A DNA stretch of 64,000 nucleotides from Mobula hypostoma (lineage: Eukaryota). The stretch lies in NCBI RefSeq assembly GCF_963921235.1, contig NC_086097.1, forward strand, positions 212,228,001-212,292,000. Direction: 5' to 3'. Positions within the stretch are counted from its first letter, which is position 1. The number at the start of each line of letters is the position of its first letter. Below the pieces are notes generated by a model. That model did no database searches. It saw nothing but the letters and a program-made list of their open reading frames with translations, and had not been told where the DNA came from. The position numbers and the translations under genes are program-made. Shown here in pieces: positions 39,572 through 50,752 of this stretch.

Positions 39572-42548
39572 GTCACAGCTGGAAAACCTCAGTGCTAAAC
39601 TCTGTCACATCTGGGACACCTCAGTGCTAAACTCTGTCACAGCTGGGACATCTCAGTGCTAAACTCTGTCATAGCTGGGACACCTCAGTGGTAAACTCTG
39701 TCACAGCTGGGACACCTCAGTGCTAAACTCTGTCACAGCTGGAAAACCTCAGTGCTAAACTCTGTCACATCTGGGACACCTCAGTGCTAAACTCTGTCAC
39801 AGCTGGGACACCTCAGTGCTAAACTCTGTCACAGCTGGGACACCTCAGTGCTAAACTCTGTCATAGCTGGGACACCTCAGTGGTAAACTCTGTCACAGCT
39901 GGGACACCTCAGTGCTAAACTCTGTCACAGCTGGAAAACCTCAGTGCTAAACTCTGTCACATCTGGGACACCTCAGTGCTAAACTCTGTCACAACTGGAA
40001 CACCTCAGTGCTAAACTCTGTCACAGCTGGGACACCTCAGTGCTAAACTCTGTCACAACTGGGACACCTCAGTGCTAAACTCTGTCACTGCTGGAACACC
40101 TCAGTGCTAAACTCTGTCACAGCGGGGACACCTCAGTGCTAAACTCTGTCACAGCTGGGAAACCTCAGTGCTAAACTCTGTCACAACTGGAACACCTCAG
40201 TGCTAAACTCTGTCACAGCTGGGAAACCTCAGTGCTAAACTCTGTCACAACTGGAACACCTCAGTGCTAAACTCTGTCACAACTGGGACACCTCAGTGCT
40301 AAACTCTGTCACAACTGGGACACCTCAGTGCTAAACTCTGTCACAGCTGGGACACCTCAGTGCTAAACTCTGTCACAGCTGGAACACTTCAGTGCTAAAC
40401 TCTGTCACAACTGGAACACCTCAGTGCTAAACTCTGTCACAGCTGGAACACAGTGCTCAACTCTGTCACAGCTGGGACACCTCAGTGCTAAACTCTGTCA
40501 CAGCGGGGACACCTCAGTGCTAAACTCTGTCACAGCTGGGACACCTCAGTGCTAAACTCTGTCACAACTGGGACACCTCAGTGCTAAACTCTGTCACAGC
40601 TGGGACACCTCAGTGCTAAACTCTGTCACTGCTGGAACACCTCAGTGCTAAACACTGTCACAGCGGGGACACCTCAGTGCTAAACTCTGTCACAGCTGGG
40701 AAACCTCAGTGCTAAACTCTGTCACAACTGGAACACCTCAGTGCTAAACTCTGTCACAGCTGGGAAACCTCAGTGCTAAACTCTGTCACAACTGGAACAC
40801 CTCAGTGCTAAACTCTGTCACAGCTGGGACACCTCAGTGCTAAACTCTGTCACAACTGGGACACCTCAGTGCTAAACTCTGTCACAGTTGGAACACTTCA
40901 GTGCTAAACTCTGTCACAACTGGAACACCTCAGTGCTAAACTCTGTCACAGCTGGAACACCTCAGTGCTAAACTCTGTCACAGCGGGGACACCTCAGTGC
41001 TAAACTCTGTCACAGCTGGGACACCTCAGTGCTAAACTCTGTCACAACTGGGACACCTCAGTGCTAAACTCTGTCACAGCTGGGACACCTCAGTGCTAAA
41101 CTCTGTCACAGCTGGGACACCTCAGTGCTAAACTCTGTCACAGCTGGGATACCTCAGTGCTAAACTCTGTCACAGCTGGAAAACCTCAGTGCTAAACTCT
41201 GTCACAGCTGGGACACCTCAGTGCTAAACTCTGTCACAGCTGGGACACCTCAGTGCTAAACTCTGTCACAGCTGGAACACCTCAGTGCTAAACTCTGTCA
41301 CAGCTGGGAAACCTCAGTGCTAAACTCTGTCACAACTGGAACACCTCAGTGCTAAACTCTGTCACAGCTGGGAAACCTCAGTGCTAAACTCTGTCACAAC
41401 TGGAACACTTCAGTGCTAAACTCTGTCACAGCTGGGACACCTCAGTGCTAAACTCTGTCACAGCTGGAAAACCTCAGTGCTAAACTCTGTCACAGCTGGG
41501 ACACCTCAGTGCTAAACTCTGTCACATCTGGGACACCTCAGTGCTAAACTCTGTCACAGCTGGAACACCTCAGTGCTAAACTCTGTCACAGCTGGGACAC
41601 CTCAGTGCTAAACTCTGTCAAAGCTGGAACACCTCAGTGCTAAACTCTGTCACAGCTGGGACACCTCAGTGCTAAACTCTGTCACAACTGGGACACCTCA
41701 GTGCTAAACTCTGTCACAGCTGGGACAGCTCAGTGCTAAACTCTGTCACAGCTGGGACACCTCAGTGGCAAACTCTGTCACAGCTGGGACACCTCAGTGG
41801 CAAACTCTGTCACAGCTGGGACACCTCAGTGCTAAACTCTGTCACAGCTGGGACACCTCAGTGCTAAACTCTGTCACAGCTGGAACACCTCAGTGCTAAA
41901 CTCTGTCACAACTGGAACACCTCAGTGCTAAACTCTGTCACAGCTGGAACACCTCAGTGCTAAACTCTGTCACAGCTGGAAAACCTCAGTGCTAAACTCT
42001 GTCACAGCTGGGACACCTCAGTGCTAAACTCTGTCACAGCTGGGACAGCTCAGTGCTAAACTCTCACAACTGGGACACATCAGTGCTAAACTCTGTCACA
42101 GCTGGGACACCTCAGTGCTAAACTCTGTCACAACTGGGACACCTCAGTGCTAAACTCTGTCACAGCTGGGACAGCTCAGTGCTAAACTCTGTCACAGCTG
42201 GGACACCTCAGTGGCAAACTCTGTCACAGCTGGGACACCTCAGTGGCAAACTCTGTCACAGCTGGGACACCTCAGTGCTAAACTCTGTCACAGCTGGGAC
42301 ACCTCAGTGCTAAACTCTGTCACAACTGGAACACCTCAGTGCTAAACTCTGTCACAGCTGGAACACCTCAGTGCTAAACTCTGTCACAGCTGGGACACCT
42401 CAGTGCTAAACTCTGTCACAGCTGGGACACCTCAGTGCTAAACTCTGTCACAGCTGGAAAACCTCAGTGCTAAACTCTGTCACAGCTGGGACACCTCAGT
42501 GCTAAACTCTGTCACAGACGGGACAGCTCAGTGCTAAACTCTGTCACA
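39572..42548. repeat. Minisatellite, 93 x 32 bp (GTCACAGCTGGGACACCTCAGTGCTAAACTCT)
   Basis: Read directly. The span 2977 equals 93x32 + 6, minus two small deletions (3 bp near 40450, 2 bp near 42063). Confidence 0.97.
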
Positions 42549-43071
42549 AGCTCCTTTACCACCCCCAGGAGTGCGCTGTCAGAGGTCACTTCAGCAATGG
42601 ACCCTGTTGATGGAGGCCTCCCGTGCCCCTGTCACATTCTCCTCCTCTCCTACTTCTCTGATCAGCTCAACAAATGGGGGAGGGGGTCGAGTCTTACGAG
42701 ACGGACGGAGACTCCAAGCGATCAGGTTTTGGGACTGTGCGCCTCTCGCCACTTGGTCCATTCTCAGCTGGTTCACCTCAGCCGTTTGAGTGGCTCCCCT
42801 ACACCGCAAGCAGCTCAGCTGTCTCTCTAGCCGAAAAATATAGGTAAAAGTTTCTCCCCGTTCTCCTGAAAACACCCTCATAAGTTCCATTGGGCTTCTG
42901 ATTGTGCCAAAAACATTTTCTAGGGCTTGCATGTAGCCCGCAGAGGTAACAAAGGGGTTCTGTGTCTTTAAGGATCTCATGCACCTCTTTCCTGTCGGGG
43001 GTGGGCGTTATCCCCGAGAACATCCTAAGTCTATGATAACTGGGACATTGCACCTGGGCACTTTGCTATTT

Positions 43072-43733
43072 ATTCAGTTTTCAGTTTTCGTATATTGTCA
43101 TTTAGAAATGCATGCATTAAAAAATGATACAACGTTCCTCCAGATTGATATCACAAGAAAACACAGGACAAACCAAGACTAAAACTGACAAAGCCACATA
43201 ATTATAACATATAGTTACAACAGTGCAAAGCAATACCATAATTTGATAAAGAGCAGACCATGGGCACGGTAAAAAAGAGTCTCAAAGTCCCGATAGCCTC
43301 ATCATCTCACGCAGGCGGCAGAAGGGAGGAACTCTCCCCGTCATGAACCTCCAAGTGCTGGCAACTTGCCGACGCAGCACCCTTTGAAGCACCCGACCGC
43401 AGCGGACTCTGAGTCCGTCCGAAAACTTCGAGCCTCCGACCAGCCCCTCTGACACAGCCTCTCTGAGCACCATCCTCCGCGAGCGCTTCGACCCTGCCCC
43501 AGCCACCGAGCAACAAGCAAAGCCGAGGACTCGGAGCCTTCTCTTCCGGAGATTCTGGACCACACTGTAGCAGTAGCAGCGAAGCAGGCATTTCAGAAGT
43601 TTCACCAGATGTTCCTCTATGCTCTCACGTCCATCTCCATCAAATCAGGATTGTGTACAGCACCCTACTTGACAGATAACAGACATCAGCACCGGAGTGA
43701 CCGCTGTGAGCTGCGTCGCGCCGCCATCTTCCG
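43072..43733 (-). mobile_element. Non-autonomous ~650-bp retroposon, copy D (inside the PNMA-like gag)
   Basis: 5' end AAGATGGCGGCGCGACGCAGC; (AAAACTG)n tail; homology to copies A-C. Confidence 0.9.
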
Positions 43734-44720
43734 CCTTCCACTCACCTGGGAGGTTAGGGCCAGTATCAGCTCAGAATGCTCACCCCTCACTGGAGGATTC
43801 ATTAAACCTTCCCAATCAGACCACTCCTTCCCCTTGCTCCACAGAAACAAGAGCTACTTGTCTTTAAAGTCTCCACCCCCAGCTATGGGAAAAGCTGCTT
43901 CCAATTCAGTACTCTCACCTACACTTCCCTCCTCCCGGAAAGTATGAACAGCCCATGGCCCCCCCTCTCTCGGGGCCAATAGTACCACTGCCATTACAGC
44001 AGCGCTAGCCTCAACTGAAACAAAGTCTTTTCCCGCCATTTTGTCAAACCTCCACTCCATGATTGTGCCTGTTCCTAATACTTTAACGGTACTCAGAGTC
44101 CTAATCAACAATTCATTGGAGCTAAGAATGTCTACCCCTCTCAATACACACACATTTGTTACCGGTAATTCCATGGATTCGCACCACCACTCAACCCCTG
44201 CAGCGTCCATAACCACGTATCTTAATCACTTTACCAGTACACAATAGTTCAACACAGGCTTATACACAGAACCCACTGGATCAGTGCTCAGGGCATCACA
44301 TAGCAACCAACAAAATCTATCTGGGACGTTACCCCCACAATGAAAATGCAGTTTCCTTGGGCTGCATACGTCTAGGGAACACACTTTCCGGTTCTGCCAA
44401 ATCCGTGAGACTGGAATGGCTCTCCCATCCCAAACCCCGGCTTGTGTCAATGCTGTGTAATTTGCTACCCTGTTACAACCTGGTGCCAAGAAATAACAGA
44501 CAGCACACTGCATACAGCTAAGGGAATTATATTTATGAATGTTAACTTAACAGAAGGGCTAAATGAAAAGAAATGAAAGCAAGAAACAAAAAGGGCCCAT
44601 TATAATTAAACAGTCAAATGTGCACAAGTTGGAGCTCAAATCTTCCAAAAGTCATACATACTCACAGACCCTCAGTAGACCTCTGCTTGCTCCATCGAAT
44701 CACAGTCCCCCACTGGGTCA

Positions 44721-45358
44721 AATAGATAGATAGATAGATATACTTCATTAATCCGGAGGGAAATTTGGTTTCGTTACAGCCGCACCAACCAAGAATAGAG
44801 CGTAAATATAGCAATACAAAAAACCCCAACAACCGAACAACAAAATGCAAACTATGCCAGATGGAGATAAGTCCAGGACCAGCCTATTGGCTCAGGGTGT
44901 CTGACCCTCCACGGGAGGAGCTGCACGTTTGATGGCCACAGGCAGGAACGACCTCCCGTGCCACCAAGTGTTGTATCACGGTGGAATGTGGCCGAAGTCC
45001 AACAGTAAAATGTTCAATATCCAGTCTGCAAATACATTCCTCGATTGTAATATACCCCGGATGCACCATCCGTTGTTAACCAGATCAGTAAGCATGCAAC
45101 TCCTTTACGCTTACCGTTTTCGGTGCACTTCCGGTCAGCCAGAACGGTATTACCCACCGAACTCCTCTTCTCCAAAAGTCTCTGTTGTCTCGACCCGGTC
45201 CTCTTTCCTCGGCTTTGTGATCCCCCTCTGCATTCTCTGTGTGTTTTCCTCCGGATTTCAGCAGGGGTGTCCGCCGCTCTGTTAGCTAAGCCGGCCGGGA
45301 TTTGCTGGTCTGTGGAATACACAATGCGACCTTGCTTCTGTCCCGCGTGTTGGGAAAT
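44721..45358 (-). mobile_element. Internally deleted Rex/Babar LINE inserted in the LTR
   Basis: APE N-terminal fragment (..DIEHFTVGLRP) joined directly to the C-terminal RSFLPVAIK motif and 3' UTR; (TCTA)n tail. Confidence 0.75.
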
Positions 45359-45747
45359 CCTATGACTGGTTCTCTCCAGCATCTTCTTTCTTCATCTCCC
45401 GCCAAAGACCCCAGCTCACACCGGTGTCAGGCACAAAAAAAACCCTGCTCCCCTGATTGAATGGCTCACATTCCCAAGCACTGGTTATTTCTAACCATAA
45501 CCCAAACACTGCTTCTACAGAAAGACTATTACATTAGCAGTGAAACCTTTACTGGGGCATTACATGCATATGTCACCCTATACAACCCTGAGATTAATTT
45601 TATTTGCTAGCAATCACAGTATATATAAAAAATACAATTGAATCAATGAAAGACTACACCCAACAGGATGGACAGGCATCCAAAATGCCATAAGACAACA
45701 AACTGTGCAAATATAAAAAGTAAGAAAAATATATAATAATTATTATT

Positions 45748-47685
45748 ATTCATTTGGCAAGATATCTTGGTCTGAAACTGATCTGGAACATTTACAAAGA
45801 AAAAGAAGAACTGAAATGACCAATTTCAGGAAACACCGTGTATACTCAAATGCTCTTAGATTAATACTTCCTAGGACAGAAAGAGGAAGAGGAATAACAG
45901 ACATTAAAAATCTACACAACAGTTAGAGCACAACCCTGAGCAACGAAGAAATTATCACCATTGAAGAAAAAGTTAACCAGTGGAAGAGCATGAACCTCAT
46001 TGAAGACATCCCCATGATCAGAGCAGACTAGATATTGACAAGGAAGCTTCGAATGCCTGGGTCAGAGTTGGAGACATCTTCACAGAAACAGAAGGTTTCC
46101 TTGTTGCAATACAGGACCAGGTGATTTACACAAAGATGATCAAAAACACATAATAAAAGCCCAACTAATTCAAGACGATAAATGCAGAAAATGCCAAGAA
46201 AAAATAGAAACAATTCAACACATTACAGGATCCTGTAGCAGTTTAACTCAATTTGATTACTTACACAAGTGCAATGAAATGGAAAACTTCATTCACCAAA
46301 GTTTTGCTTTAAAATACAAGCTCAAAAAAGAAATCATACCTTACTATAAATACAAGCCTGATCCAGTTTTAGAGTCAGAATACCACAAATTACTTTATGA
46401 CTGATCCATTATTACAGATAAGACAATCCATAATAACCATCCAGCTATAATAATACAGAATAAACAACTTACTTTGTAGTTATAGCCATTCCAAACACAT
46501 ATAACTAACAGAAATCATTAAGTTAAAAACACCAGAAATATGCTGAATTAAAAGAGGAAATTGAAAGAGTTTGGAAAACGAAGGGTATACTTATATGCTC
46601 TGTCTGCCAGAGAAAGCAGGATCTCCCAGTGGCCACACATTTTAATTCCATGTCCCATTCCCATTCTGACATGTCTATCCACGGCCTCTTCTACTGTAAA
46701 GATGAAGCCACTCTCAGGTTGGAGGAACAACACCTTATATTCCGTCTGGTAGCCTCCAACCTGATGGCATGAACATTGACTTCTCAAACTTCCGCTAATG
46801 CCCCACCTCCCCCCGTACCCCATCCGTTATTTATTTATATACACACATTCTTTTTCTCTCTCTCCTTTTCCTCTCTCTGCCCCTCTCACTATACCCCTTG
46901 CCCATCCTCTGGGCTTTCCCCCCTCCCACCTTTTCTTTCTCCCTAGGCCTCCTGTCCCATGATCCTCTCGTATCGTACACACAAAATAATCTGCAGATGC
47001 TGGGGTCAAAGCAACACTCACAACACACTGGAGGATCCTCTGTTCTATGCCTACCCTGAAGAAGTTTAAATCCTCTCTTCACGGAGCCTCTGCCCCTTCC
47101 CCCTACAGTCCTGACGAAGGGTTCTGGCCCGAAACATCGACCGATCTTTTCCATGGATGCTGCCCGACCTGCTGAGTTCCTCCAGCATGTTGAGAGTGTT
47201 GCATCCTCTCATACCCCTTTTGCCAATCAACTGTCCAGCTCTTGGCTCCATCCCTCCCCCTCCTGTCTTCTCCTATCATTTTGGATCTTCCCCTCCCCCT
47301 CCCACTTTCAAATCTCTTACTAGCTCTTCTTTCTGTTAGTCCTGACGAAGAGTCTCAGCCCGAAACGTCAACCGTCCCTCTTCCTAGATATGCTGCCTGG
47401 TCTGCTGCGTTCACCAGCAACTTTTATGTCTGTTGAGGGTACACATTATCCTGCTAGTAATATCTACAACTGGTATCATCCCCAAATCATCCACAATAGC
47501 ATTAAACACTGAGGGCTAACAGCAATATTTATGTAAATGTTCAGAAAGCCACAATACTAAGCACCATTAGAATAGTCGGAAAGTTCTTAGCAATTGAGAA
47601 ATGAGTTTGTTTGGCTATGCCCGCACCTTAGGTTTTACCAGCTTGAACTGAGAAAACATGTTTTAAAATTTTTATAATAATAATA
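45748..47685 (+). mobile_element. R4/Dong-clade (RLE-type) non-LTR element 3' part, interrupted by Penelope
   Basis: LPRTERGRG, ETEGFLVAIQDQVI, CRKC..ETIQHITGSC zinc knuckle and KYAELKEEI motifs; flanked by (TAA)n. Confidence 0.85.
46595..47434 (+). mobile_element. Penelope-like element 3' fragment (GIY-YIG C-terminus), with a second short insert at ~46975-47202
   Basis: DLPVATHFNS..LRLEEQHLIFRL..LQPDGMNIDF; degenerate TSD AGGGTATACTTAT / AGGGTACACATTAT. Confidence 0.85.
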
Positions 47686-47737
47686 GTCCCTAGCAATTGA
47701 GAAATGAATGTGCTTGGCTATGCCCATACCTCAGCTT

Positions 47738-50700
47738 ATAGACCATTAGACCATAAGACATAGGAGCAGAAATAGGCTGTTTGGCACAACGGGTCTGCTC
47801 CACCATTCAATCATGTCTGATCCTTTTATCTCCTCCTCAGCCCCACTCCCTAGCTTTCTCCCTGTAACCTTTGATGCCTTGTCCAATCAAGAAGCTATCA
47901 AGCTCTGCCTTAAATATACCCAAAACCTGGCCTCCACAGCTACACGTGGCAACAAATTCCACAAATTCACCACCTTTTGGCTAAAGAAATTTCTCCGCAC
48001 CTCTGTTTTAAATAGACGCCCCTCTATCCTGAGGCTGTGCCCTCTTGTCCTAGACTCTCCAACCATGGAAAACATCCTTTTTACATCTAGTCTGTCTAGG
48101 CCTTTCATCATTCAAAAGGTTTCAATGAGATCCCCCTCATCCTTCTAAATCTCAGCGAGTACAGACCCAGAGCCATCCCTAGAATTATCCTTGTGAACCT
48201 CCTCTGAACCCTCTCCAATGCCACACGTTTTCTTAGATAAGGAGCCTAAAACTGTTCACAATACTCAAGGTGAGGCCTCACCAGTGCCTTATAAAGCTTC
48301 AGCATCACATCCTTGCTCTTCTATTCTAGACCTCTTGAAATGAATGCTAACACTGCACTTGCCTTCCTCACCACTGAATCTACCTACAAGTTAATCTTAA
48401 GGGTGTTCTGCAAAAGGACTCCCAAGTCCCTTTGCATTTTGGATTTTTGGATTTTCTCCCTGCTTAGAAAGTAGTCTGCACATTTTTTTCTACTACCAAA
48501 GTGCATGACCATGTATTTTCCAACATTGAATTTCATTTGCCACTTTCTTGCCTAAGTCCTGTAGCCTACCAGTTTCCTCAACACTACCTGCCCCACCACC
48601 AAACTTTGTATCTGCAAACTTGGCAACAAAGCCATCTATTCCATCATCTAAGTCATTGAGATACAGCATGAAAAGAAGCCCAACCCCTGCGGAACATCAC
48701 TAGTCACTAGCAACCAACCAGTAAAGGATTCTTTTATTCCCACTCACTGCCTCCTCCCAACCAGCCATTGCCCTATCCATGCCAGTAACTTTCCTGTAAT
48801 AGGATAGGCTCTTAACTTGGTAAGCAGTCTCATGTGTGGCACCTTGTCAAAGGCCTTCTGAAAGTGCAAATATACAACATCCACTACATCCACTTTATCT
48901 ATCCTCCTTGTAATCTCCTCAAAGAATTCCAACAAGTTCATCAAGCAAGATTTTCCCTTAAGGAAACCATGCCAACTTCATCCTATCTTGTCCTGTGTCA
49001 CCAAGTAGTCCATAATCTCATCCTTAACATTTGACTCCAACATCTTACCAACCACTGAGGTCAGGCTAACTGGTCTATAATTTCCTTTCTGCTGCCTTCC
49101 TCCCTTCTTAAAGAGAGGGGTGCAATTTTCTGGTCCTCTGGCATCATGTCAGAGTCCAATGATTTTTGAAAGATCACTACTAATGCCTCCACAGTCTCTA
49201 CCACAACCACTTTCAGAACCCTAGGATGCAGTTTATCTGGTCCAGGTGACTTATGCACCCTTAGGTCTTTCAGCTTTTTGACCGTCTTCTCCCTTGTAAT
49301 AGTAACTGCACCCACTTCTCTTCCCTCACACCCTTCAACATCTGGCACACTGTTAGTTTCTTCAGTAAAAACTGATGTAAAATGCTCATTTAGTTCATCT
49401 GCCATCTCCTTGTACCCCATTATTATTTCTCCAGCCTCATTTTCTAGTGGTCCTATATCTACTCTCATCTCTCTTTTATTTTGTACATACTTGAAAAAGT
49501 TTTTCTCTATTCATTTTGATATTGTTTGCTAGCTTGCTTTCATATTTCATCTTTTACACCCTAAAGATTCTTCTAATTTCTCTCTGTAGGTTTTTAAAAG
49601 CTTCCCAATCCTTTATCTTCCTACTAATTTTTACTTTGTTGTTTGCCCTGTCTTTTGCTTTTACATTAGCTTTGACTTACCTTGTTAGCTATGATTATAC
49701 TATTTTGCCATTTGAGTATTTCTTCGTTCTTGGAATACATCTATCCTACATGATCCTTATATTTCCCAGAAACTCTCACCACCGCTGCTCTGCTGTCATC
49801 CCTGCCAGCAGCTCCTTCCAACTTACTTTGGCCAACTCCTCTCTCAACCCACTGTAATTTCCTTTACTCCACTGAAATACTGCTATGTCAGACTTTACTT
49901 TCTCCCTATCAACTTTCAAGTTGAACTCAATCATATTGCGATCATTGTCTCCTAAGGGTTCTTTTGCCTTATGCTCCCTAATCACCTCTGATTCATTGCA
50001 TAACACCCAATCCAGTATGGTTGATTGCCTAGAAGGCTCAACAACAAACTGCTCTAAAAAGTCAACTTGTAGGCATTCAACAAACTCACTCTCTTGAGAT
50101 CCATTACCAGCCTGATTTTTCCAATTGACCTGCATGTTGAAATCTCCCATGACTATCATAACATTGCCCTTTTGACACGCCTTTTCTATTTCCCGTTCTA
50201 ATCTGTGATCCACATCCCAGATGCTCGTTGGGAGGCCCATATATAACTTCCACCAGAGTCCTTTTACCCTTGCAGTTTCTTAATTCAACATCTTCCGATC
50301 CTCTGTCATATCTTTCTACCAATTTGATACCATTTTTTACCAGCAGAGCCATGCCATCTCCTCTGCCTACCTTCCCCTCCCTCCGATACACCGTGTAATC
50401 TTGGACATTCAGCTCCCAACTACAACCATCCTTCAGCCACGATTCAGTGATGGCCATAGCATCATACCTGACAATCTGTAAAAGTGCAACGAGATCATCC
50501 ACCTTATTTCTTATACTCCATGCATTGAGATAAAACACTTTGAGTACTGTATTTGCTACACTTTTTGATTCTGCATCCCTAATGCACTGATACTTGGCCT
50601 GCTGGCTGCGGTCTTGCCCTGCCATCTGCCTGCCCTTCCTGACAGTCTAACTGCACGCTAGCTTTGCTTTTTTTTAACCATCCTTGCTGTGCTGAGTCCC

Positions 50701-50752
50701 TTCCCTCTGGTTCCCATCCCCCCCCCGCCAAATTAGTTTAAACCCTCCGCAA
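47738..50752 (-). mobile_element. CR1 LINE, near-complete ORF2, decayed
   Basis: YLNAWSIRNK, ITESWL, MGDFN, KSPGPD and FQKAFDKVPH motifs; (TGGTCTTA)-type tail. Confidence 0.92.

Larger units (their letters stand above)
39330..44210 (-). pseudogene. PNMA/MOAP1-like gag (N-terminal domain, capsid, CCHC knuckle), disrupted
   Basis: WWCESMELPV..GGPW; FSGITPTP; YMQALENVFG; YIFRLERQL; PPPFVELIREV; CYNCGEEGHFKREC at ~39405-39450. Confidence 0.85.
38430..45563 (-). mobile_element. Gypsy LTR element with PNMA-type gag, 3'-truncated after the protease region
   Basis: 5' LTR ~44341-45563 (TGTAAT..CA) followed by a degenerate tRNA-Pro-like PBS TGGGGGTAACGTCCCAGAT; gag starts at 44210; protease region PEGLVGP..QVTLL..ILVGTN. 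No RT or 3' LTR seen. Confidence 0.85.

Noticed and set aside
39572..42548. CRISPR-like array
   Set aside because: The units are contiguous with no unique spacers, there are no cas genes, and the context is eukaryotic. It is a minisatellite.
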